Source of the DNA: Eledone cirrhosa
Lineage: Eukaryota
DNA: 64,000 nucleotides
Assembly (NCBI GenBank): GCA_964016885.1
Contig: OZ024745.1
Location: 33,294,001 to 33,358,000 of the forward strand
Direction of reading: 5' to 3'
Part shown: positions 52,841 through 64,000 of the stretch, piece by piece
Layout of the letters: each line of letters starts with the position of its first letter
How positions within the stretch are numbered: the stretch's first letter is position 1
Made by a program: the position numbers and the translations under genes
Notes under the pieces: generated by a model
Seen by the model: only the letters and a program-made list of their open reading frames with translations
The model's database searches: none
Told to the model about the DNA's origin: nothing

Positions 52841-55071
52841 TGTTATATGTGGTCCTAGATGTATGTATTTCCTGCTTTGTATATATTGTAGGTATGGTGT
52901 GGTGTGCGTTGGCCGGAGGCTGTGGAGTGCTCGACTGGAAGAGTGCTTGACCAGAGGGTGCTTGACCAGAAGGGTGCTCGACCGGGAGGGCCAGCAGGTC
53001 TGCATCTCTCTAGGGTGGTCAGCAAAGGTGGTGGACGTCAGTTTTGGAGCTCCTGGTTAACGAGTTGGATTGTACGCACGTGGGAGAGGAGAAACCAGCC
53101 ATTGGATTACCGGTGCCAGCAATAAGCGGTAAGTGAAGTAGCTTTTTCAAAATTAGGATATGGTGACGAAATTACGAATGAGCGGAGAAGTGATTAGAGC
53201 ATTTACCGGTGAAGGCGATGTTGTCGCCTGGTTGCGAAAAGTCTGGCTTTCGCAAGCTTACAGAAGATAGAAGATGTGGCTGGCCTCATGGCACTGTACC
53301 TCGAAGGGGATGCGTTGGCACTCTTCCTAGAGATGGATGAACACAGCCAAAGGGATGTGCAAAAGATTGAGAGGCGTATGATGGAAGCGTTTGCGGAAGG
53401 ACCCTTAGCCGCTTTTGCTAAGCTGGCAATGATTAGATGGAACGGTGAACGCGTTGACATTTTCGCAGCGGAAATACGGCGATTGGCCATGTTGGCTGGA
53501 TATCAGGTGGAATGCAAACACACGGTGCGGTTGGCGTTCATAAATGGATTTCCAGACGACATAGCGGTGAAACTGCAGCAAGTCCCGGGTTACAAAGAAA
53601 TGGAGATGTGTTCACTGGTAGAGCAAGCCCGCATCATAGCAGAAGATGCTAAGAAGAGTGTCACGGCGATAGCAATGACAGAGGCCCAAGGCAGCCGGCA
53701 GCCAAATGGTGAAAGGGAGGCAACCACGGCACGCGGTCGCCCGCAAACGTTTAGAGGTCGTTGTTTTAGGTGCCAGGGCCCGCACATGGCGAGAGACTGT
53801 AGAGAGTCAAGGCCGGACAAAATATGCGACCGGTGTAAGCGACCAGGCCACATCGCTACTAGCTGCGACCAGGGAAATGATCCAAGGGGAACTACTGCGC
53901 CGGTAGCTGCCCCTTATGAGTAGAGGCGCTGCCCGTGGTGAAAGTCTTCGTGAGGGGAAAGCCACAGCGAGCCCTCGTGGACACGGGCTGTACGACGACA
54001 CTGGTTACCGCGGAGGTGGCGCAGAGGTGGAGAGGAAGAGCAGCGTAAAGGCAGTCGACAGTAGGAAAATTGAATGCCGAGGTCGCAGCGAAGTGGAGAT
54101 GGCGGTACGAAGAAAGAAAATAAGGCTTTCTTTCATTGTAGTCGACAACGTGGTGGATGGGTTTGGCGTAGTTATGGGCATGGACGCAATTGGCCGTCTA
54201 GGAGGCGTCACAGTGAACAATGTCGGTGTGTCATTTGGCGGCGCCGCATTGGTATGCGCTGTGAGTACGTGACAGGAGAACCAGAAGGCCCACGAGGAGA
54301 AATATCCCGCTTACACTGTACAGGACAAAGACTTCAAGGCCGTGTTCGATGGGCAACGATGGGTTGTTGAGCGGTACTGGAAGGGAGAACCACTAACACT
54401 GAAGACCAAAGTGGGCTGCTATCAACACACATTGAAGGGAGACATTAGGAGCGAGTTTGAGCGAGAGGTAGAGAGATGGATTGAAGCATACTGCTTCTCT
54501 GGAAAGAGGAGGTGAAGTGTGGAGTATTGCCGTTAATGGCGGTGGCGCAACCCACGAAGAACAAGGTGAGGCCGGTACTGGACTTTCGGGAGCTGAACGA
54601 GCACGTGTCATGCCACACGGGTGGCGAGGTCACGGATGTCTGTGGGGAAACCCTGCGTGAGTGGAGACGCATGACTCCGCAATCGTCGATCTAAAGTCGG
54701 CATACTTACAATTACACATAGATGAGAAGCTCTGGCAGTATCAGCTGGTCAGGTATAAGGGCCGGACATATTGCCTGACCAGGCTCGGTTTCGGGCTGAG
54801 CTCTGCACCGAAGATCATGGCGGCAGTCCTCAAGACCATTCTGGGAAAGGCCGACAAGATGAAGAGGGCCACTAATTCCTACATTGACAACATCCTAGTG
54901 GACGAGTCTGTAGTGTCGGCGGTGGAGGTCACAAGCCATTTACAGGGGTATGGACTGACTGCGAAGCCGTCAGAAGCGTTGGAGGGAGGAGCCGCGCTGG
55001 GACTTAGGCTACGGCGAGACAGGACGGGCGTGTTAGTATTCCAGAGGGGAAATGAAGTTCCAGAACTCGGC
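52841..55071 (+). mobile_element. Decayed Ty3/Gypsy LTR retrotransposon (putative 5' LTR, gag, protease, RT; 3' half missing)
   Basis: Two zinc knuckles (CFRCQGPHMARDC, CDRCKRPGHIATSC), protease ALVDTG, RT VRPVLDFRELN / DLKSAYLQ / GFGLSSAP / YIDN; TGG PBS-like at 53161; frameshifts; cut by a SINE at 55072. Confidence 0.9.
53276..53923 (+). pseudogene. Gypsy gag (frameshifted N-terminus, likely start 53178)
   Basis: ALYLEGDALALFLEM...AFINGFPD...two zinc knuckles. Confidence 0.85.
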
Positions 55072-55674
55072 CCAAGTACCAGTAATGCACTGGGTGATTT
55101 GCTGGCCTTGTGCCAAAAGTAGAAACAATTATTATAGACTTCAAATATATCTTTGTCAACTTACCCTCTTCACTAAAGCGAGCATGTTTTACTGGATAAG
55201 TAATTGTTATGATGTGAATATTTTACAAAGAACATTTATATAACATTTAAAAAAACAAACAACAACACTTAACTGAATGTTCAATATTTTTTTTGGGAAC
55301 GATCGACTTTCGTCGAATCGGACCGAGGGAACAATGTTTCCGTTGGTCTTTCCAATTGCTAATACTATCTATCGGTCGCAACTCCAGGTAGAAGGAGCAA
55401 CGTGAAATAAAGTGTCTTGCTCAAGGACATAACGCATCGCCTGGTCCAGGAATCGAACTCACAACCTTACGATTGCGAATCCAATTCTCTAACCACTCCG
55501 CCACACGCCTTCACATGTTCAATATAGTATATAGAAAAATGTCATTTTAAATTCCGTAGGTTAAGGAGTTTATCTACTTATCGCCATGTCGCATCGCACA
55601 GTCTATCTAAATATTGTATTCATTCGTGATTCTTTACTTTCAGAAGTCTTCGCTATTCGGTCAAATTACACCTT

Positions 55675-56225
55675 AATAGATAGATTTCTTTATTAGCCAC
55701 AAGGGCGCAACAAGAAAGGGGACAATACAAAGACATGCCGGGGATTTTACATACAGTCGTGTAAAAAATATAAAAACAAACAATTTCAACAATCGAAATC
55801 CCCAATAGGGGGGTTGCGCCACAAATGGGTTGTTTAATACCCCGTCGATAGAACAACCCTCAACTCAAGGAGCGTGTTGTGCAAGTGCTCCTTTCTTCCT
55901 TTTGCTCTCTTCCTCAACCTACAGGCTTATAAACAGAGAAGGCCCAATCACTCGGGCCATTTTCGCTTCATTCACCCACCTTTCAGTAAATTTACTGGGG
56001 TGCAGTGCCTCTCTCTCCACCCTGATTCTCCTTCTAAAGTGATACTTAAAGAATGGAATCAATTGTTGTCCGGAGAGAAAGGCATCTGTCCTCAGTCCTC
56101 TCAACCTCGTCCACCATATAACTTCTTTCACCATAGCCACCGTACAGAGGAAAACCGCCTCTCTTTCGTTTTTGAAAGAGTCTGGCGGTTTGATCCTTAC
56201 TATGGACTCGGCAGTCATAATAGAT
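55675..56225 (-). mobile_element. L1/Tx1-like LINE 3' end
   Basis: ...VAMVKEVIWWTR...FFKYHFRRRIRVER...FTERW; ends CCCTTGTGGCTAATAAAG, same end at 27170(+). Confidence 0.6.
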
Positions 56226-56480
56226 AGCTAATTACACATATGCACCAATATTAACATATCAATGACGTATCTTGTTACACACAACAAATATATTCAGAGA
56301 AACGGTTTCGCATCTTGCTTTAACACCAAATATTCTCATAAGGATGCTAGTCAGTGAATCAAACTTATAACACCACGATTGTCAATCCAAACTCTCTAAA
56401 CACTAAATAAAATACACCAGAAAATATACCAACAATATGAGGGAAGAAATATAGAACAAAATTAAATATATTTGAATTAC

Positions 56481-57014
56481 CATTATTGGCAAATGTTTAC
56501 CAAATGACACAGATTCAGTCAAAACTTCTGAACATCTTTCCATGGTCTGTAAAATAACCCTTTGTCTGTCTTCGGCACATTTACACCAGTGCTTAGAATT
56601 TTTAAAAATCGGTAAATATATTTCCGACAATTTCAAGGAAAATATCTTCAGCGGATCTCCCTTGATCTCACCACAGAGAATTTCTTTGTCAATCGAAAGT
56701 TCATTTATAACATTATCCGAATTTTTCCTCAGGAAATATAAAAATACCAAGTCTTTCCTATTAATTGATTCTGCCAGAGAAGACAAAGTTTCTGTACTTA
56801 ATACAAGGGATGAAGTTATATCCGATGTTTCTGCTGCTTTTCTATTTCTGTATACAAACAAATACTTTGGGGACTCGGTCCCAAAAAACTTATCAAGTTC
56901 GGCTAGGATTTTTTCTTGGGACAAATACGACTCTAAAACTTCAGGCTGGAAAGTTTTAGTAAACCTAAACGTCTGCTGTATTTTAGCAGCCACCCACCAG
57001 TGACGTTCATCCAT
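56481..57014 (-). CDS. Axonemal dynein heavy chain (DNAH5/8-like), exon 1
   Basis: ATG at 57014 (MDERHWWVAAKIQQTF...FLYFLRKN...CGEIKGDPLKIFSLKLSEIYLPIF...W); ends ATG|GTAATT, phase 0; X-box upstream. Confidence 0.85.
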
Positions 57015-57149
57015 TTCCACGATTTCTCTTTTTTACTCTACCTTCCTTCAAAGTTAAATAAAAGCTTTGTAATATTAAAGTTGAACTTATAAAAGTTAGA
57101 AACAAACTTCAAAAAAATAGGTCACCTCTCTCTCTCTATATATATGTGT

Positions 57150-57164
57150 GTTGTCATTAGCAAC
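57150..57164. promoter_or_regulatory. RFX X-box upstream of dynein gene
   Basis: GTTGTC-ATT-AGCAAC imperfect palindrome 136 bp upstream of the ATG; X-boxes are typical of ciliary gene promoters. Confidence 0.65.
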
Positions 57165-60100
57165 GTCAGGTGTTTTCATGATATTTGATATATTGGTATA
57201 ATTGACATATTTTTATCAGACAACCACGTTAGATTTGTGCCCTTTATATTAAAAACATTAGAGTATACTTTTTAAAAATGGATCTAATTTATTATCTATT
57301 CATTCATAACAACATATTTTTAGAATATTAACTTAGACTACAAAGTTGATAACAGGACGTAGTATATTACACTTTCGACTCTCCACTTTACAAAAAGCTG
57401 TGAAATCTTAAACAGAAAATATTTGTTTTTGATTGTGGCACAAAGCCAACAATTTGGGGGAAGGGGAAAGTCGATTAAATCGACGCCAAAGTTAACCTCG
57501 TAAAACGGTAACGCCCCTTTACGATCTGAGTTCAGACTCTGCCGAGGTTAACTTTGCCTTTCATCCTTACGGGGTCGATAACATAAAGTACCAGTAATGC
57601 ACTGGGTCGATTTGTTCGACTTTCCCCTCCCCCAAATTGTTGGCCTTGTACCTAAATCAGAAAGCAATATTTTATGTTTAAGATTTCACCTCTTGTGAAA
57701 TTACTACAGCTTTTTGTAAAGTGGACGTTGAACAAATAATAGAACCGACCTACTGACCATATATGGAATTATTCGACCGGTGAAAACAACAACAAAAACA
57801 AAGTAAATTTCTTAAGAGGCCAATAGTATTAATATCTCCGACCACGGAGATTTGTGGAGGGCAGAGGCACTGCCTCACCCCAACCCAGACCTGTCAAATA
57901 AAGAAAAAATAAAATTCCCAAGGAGCAAACGAAACTTTAACCATGTGGTCGTTCCACCTGCTAGAAATAACGGTCAAATGTCCTTAAATCACACAATACA
58001 AATATAAAGGTGAAAGAACTTGTTAGATAATGTGTTCAACATCACTATCGTCTGTTTTCCATGATGGCATGGACTGGTCAGTACACACTGTAAAGTAGTA
58101 GTTTTACTGCAATGATGAAATTCACCAAGTACAAGCTGTAAGGTGGTAGATATTAGGAAGGGCATCCAGCTGTAGAAATCATGCCAAATATGGAACATAT
58201 AAACAAGAAGAGGGTCTTTCCTGCCTGTCTGGTCAGAGAATTTGACAACCTATGTCAGCATAGAAGGCAGACATAAAATAATACTGATATTTAATAAATG
58301 TAGCTTAAATGGCTTTATTTTGGAGAACTACTGTTACTGCTACAGACAATATAATTGCCCGGGGAGGGGGGGGGGGGGGCACACACACACAATTTTTTCT
58401 TTCTCCTTTCCATCTCTTTTCACTGGAAGAAATTGGCGATAATCAAACCTGGAGATAGGCTCTGCCAAGTTTAAAATGTCAAATTATGCTATTGCAGCAA
58501 CATTATGATTCTATCAACGGCTATGGGTTCATGTATCTATGTATTTATTTGGTGAAAATCTGATCTTTGCTAGTAGATAAGGTGTTGGCTACAGGCATGT
58601 TCCAGTCTTATTGGGCCTCATCAGTGAAACAAACCTTGGTTAACTGATCAAGCAGACTCATGCTTGACTATGCCTCACTGATGAGGTTCTTGAGAGGCAT
58701 GATGAAGCAAGGAAATGAATTAATATTAGAAGCATTGAAAACAGAAATAATTTGAAAAAAAATGGATTAAATTTTTTCTTTTTATTGTGAAATAAAATGA
58801 AAATCAATGTCAACAAAATTATGTATTTATACAAATTAAGAAAAAATATATATCTTGCAGCCCTTTTCTTTCATTAACAAAAAATGGTTTAAAAATAAGT
58901 GTCTTTAATGTTCAATAGGGCCACATAACCGTTTGTAGACATCACTATTAAAGCAACAGAACAACTGTTGCTGTTTATCACACTTGCATGAAATAAATGA
59001 TATATCAGTTCGGACATAATAGTGGTTTATCAATGGGAATTCTATTGGAGAAAAAGACATTTACAATACTGGCCAGCACTAAAGGTTTTGGAATGTTAAA
59101 TAGTGGTGGGATTGGTACCACAAACAGATACAGTTGATGACCTAAAATATGACACAATTTATATACATTTTGAACAATCAACATCTCATGCCTCATAATC
59201 TACATATCACCTATATTAGTAACTTCCATCTAAAGACACCTGTGTATTAGTGGTAATTCTTTACAATGACAGCAGAAGAATGAAACACAAAGTCAAACTC
59301 TACTGGGACTTGAGCTTAGAACAATGAGATAATAATTTGTGAAATATTGTAAAACATCCAACTTAGTTGTCTTCTGGTCATAGACCATTGTTTTTACATG
59401 TTTTTCATTGCTGGTATGGGTTAAACAGGTGCAAATTGTAGTAATAATAGTAAGAATTTGGGGGGGGGGAGAGAAAAGTTGATTAAATTAACTCCAGTGC
59501 ATTACTGGTACTTTATTTTATCAACCCCTGTAACAATGAAAGACAAAGCTAACCTCGGCAGGATTGGAAATCTGAACATAAAGCGGTGTAACTTTATGCC
59601 ATGAAGCATAGTGTTCAACACTATCAATAATAATGGTTCTAATTTAGGAACAAGATCAGCAATTTGAGGAAAGGAAGACGTCAATTATATTGACTGATAC
59701 TTTATTTTATCATCGCTGGAAGGATGAAAGACAAAGATAACCATGGCAGGATGTGATCTCAGAATGTAATGAGCCATAACTGACAATTCTGCAATGGTTT
59801 CTTTTACTGAAGCACAAGTATCCTTTCTTTATGGGGAAAGGATAATTTAAATAAAAAAATAATGTTACAGAAGAATATCTTTGTTATGATATGTACTATA
59901 CACCAGCTTAAAAATATGGTTGGTTATTTTACTAATTTCCTTCAAATTGTTGATTATTGACAAAATTAATTGAACAACAAAGGTGGCATATTTCATTAGA
60001 AATATGGCAATGAAAGGGTTGAGGAGTGTGAAGTAATAGTGAAATTCAGGAGAATGTTTTGTGTCCTGTAAACGTCACTACAACACAGTAGTGATGTGGT

Positions 60101-62739
60101 TCAATTTCTGCCAGTAATTCTATTCACTTTTTTTTCCATTACATAGGGTTATATCCCTGACTTTATTCAACTATATTATATTTAATGGGTGTTGTAATGG
60201 CCTTTGCTTGAGGCCAAACATTCTCTTAAATTTCACTAAATATCATGTTTGGCACAGCATGGTCATAATAAAAAACAAAATGGATGCCACAATTAGATCA
60301 TCAATGGAGATCAAGCAAGACCATTACATTAGACATTATTTAACTCTTAACCTCCTGAAATCTCATTAGCAAAACATGAAAAATTAAAGTCTTTGCTCTA
60401 ATATTGCAACAAAACTATGTATCCACACCATTATTTTTTTCATAACTGACTACATTACGGGGTCGATAAAATAAAGTACCAGTAATGCACTGAGTAATTG
60501 CTGGCCTTGTGCCTAAAGTAGAAACAATTAAATATTAAAGAATTTACTCTAATATTAATTTCCACAACAATTTGTTCACTAGTAAAGATACTATAAATAT
60601 TTGAATTAACAAATACATTTTTAGATATTTTCTGCAGGATGTTTAAATATTTTGATAAATCATTGCAGGATCTTAAGAGTTAAACGAAAAATAAGCATGA
60701 TGTTTGCCAAGCTAGACTTTGATGTCACTCTTCAGGAACATTCTATAAACCATTTTTGTACCAGACATTTTCTCAATTAAGACTTACTCAACAATCATCT
60801 TTACTTCATAACAACAACAACAACAATAATAATAGAATATTTTTATGTATTTATTTAACATTTCTATTATCTGAGATTTATATAGCAGCAGGGAGATGGG
60901 AGACAATGTTGATTCCCCGGAAAAATTCCAGCTAAGAACAAAAAGCTATTTCTGAACTCTGCCAATAACTAACCAAAACCCAGGGTGTCCACATATAAGG
61001 ATAATAATATTTTCTTACTTTGGCACAAAGCCATGCGATTTTGGAAAAAGAGGTAGTTGTAAATTTACCCCAATACATGGCCAGTATTTGTTGTAGTGAC
61101 CCTGAAGGAACAATAGTGAAATTTGAACTTAGAATGTAGAGGGATGTTATATATCACCACAAGTTCAACACTCTACCATTCAGTTGTTTTTATAATAGTA
61201 ATAATATCATTATTCAGTGTAAATAAGTACAAGATTATGGCTAATCAACTGATGGGTTTTCTTTCGTAAAAGGACACAAAACTTTATTTCAAAAGTACTG
61301 TATCTTCCCACAATATACAAAAGAAGCATTAGAGATTTATATATATATATATCATCATCATTCAATGTCCATTTTCCACACTAGCATGGGTTTCCACTCT
61401 GAGTTGCAAATTTGTATTTACAACATATGATTTTTGTAAATTCATTGAGTGAGTAGAGCTTGACAGATAGATTTGTTAAACTTAATTGATATATATATAT
61501 ATACACACACATAAACACACAGACAAGTATATACATATAAACATACACACATATATGTATGTGTGTGTATAGATTAACAGTAACAACTGGTTGTAAATAG
61601 AACCAGTTGATTTTCTCACATCATTATTCATCACTCATATATACAAGTGAAGTAGGATAGCAACATTACTACCACTATTTCCCTGCTAACGACATACTTT
61701 AATCAGCAATTAAAAACACTAGTTCTAGTCTCAGTTTAGCATCACATTACAGTACTCTTTAATTATCACAAAATAATTACCAACATATTTATTTAAAAAA
61801 TATATGTGTATGTATACAGGGACCGCAGGGCTAATTTTAGTGGGGAAGGGGCTAAAGAGGGGAAAAAAAAGTGCATGTGCATACTCACATACAGAACAAA
61901 AAACATAATTATAATAATAATAAAAAACAAGGTTTCATTTGTACATACCTATTTAGTTTGTTATACGTATAACAAACTAAATAGGGATGTACAAATGAAA
62001 CTGTCTTTCTTGTTTATTATTATAATAAAAAAAATCCGGATGAAAAATAACCATGGAGTGCTTTGCATCTTAAGAAAAAGTTGGCAGATTTTCTTCAATC
62101 AACCAACTTTCTTCAATTGAATAAAAAAAAAATTTATATATATGTATATATATAAAATATGTATATGTATATATATACATATATATATATAAAAATATGT
62201 ATATGTATATATATACATATATATATAAAAAATATGTATATGTATATATATACATATATATAAAAAATATGTATATGTATATATATATACATATATATAA
62301 AATATATGTATATATATATATATATAAAAAATATGTATATATATATATATATATGTCAAGGCAGAATTCTAGGAGAAGGAAAACTCTGATATAACACCTG
62401 CAACCTTGATGGTATCCAATGATGTTGACTTGTTCTTCTTTTTGGTAAATATCATCTTGGTTAAGAGAGTGGGACTGGCTTTGTGCAGTGCCTTTGCTCA
62501 CTATAAAAGCTTCACAGCACAAGCATTGCTATATATCTGGAGATCTCTCTGCACTTGTCGTCACATGGTACCATGGGCCCAGCACTGTGTGTCAATAATT
62601 GTCACAAGTGTAGTGTTTGTACCAGAGTTTTCAAGTCACTGGCTGGACTAAAAAGTCACACTCGATTAGCGCATCGGTAGGGGTTCTCCTACATGGATAT
62701 AAAGTAGTGGCCGTACTCGAAAACGAGTTGGCAGCCACC

Positions 62740-64000
<1,261 letters not shown>

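Noticed and set aside
59005-60370. Possible exons of a neighbouring gene (59005-59196; open frame ~60147-60370)
   Set aside because: No recognisable protein similarity or consistent splice chain
62395-62741. Higher-GC island between microsatellites
   Set aside because: No intact ORF or identifiable motif; probably a decayed element

Overview
Eukaryotic, AT-rich, microsatellite-dense animal DNA. The repeat content suggests a coleoid cephalopod such as Octopus (inference). The main feature is the 5' part of a minus-strand axonemal dynein heavy chain gene of the outer-arm gamma type (DNAH5/DNAH8-like, divergent). I assembled it by hand into 33 phase-compatible exons from ATG 57014 down to 7003: 5769 nt, 1923 codons, no stop, covering the tail (DHC_N1) and linker (DHC_N2). 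The motor domain lies beyond the left edge. It has one probable GC-AG intron and an RFX X-box about 136 bp upstream. The introns hold RTE, CR1, L1/Tx1-like, CRE-like, Ty3/Gypsy and Penelope-like retroelement remains, tRNA-derived and Nin/Deu-domain SINEs, and several MITEs. The most interesting signals are three. (1) A dispersed set of type I hammerhead-ribozyme motifs sits in short fold-back cassettes inside (TA)n tracts, several followed by a TTGAGT(G/A)C tail; two are on the dynein pre-mRNA strand. (2) A 30-copy 46-bp minisatellite is an amplified copy of the exon 18 splice donor, mostly as a GC variant. (3) An RTE LINE carries a PHD finger within the C-terminal part of its RT ORF. All coordinates and folds were read by eye, and family assignments come from recalled motifs, not database searches.
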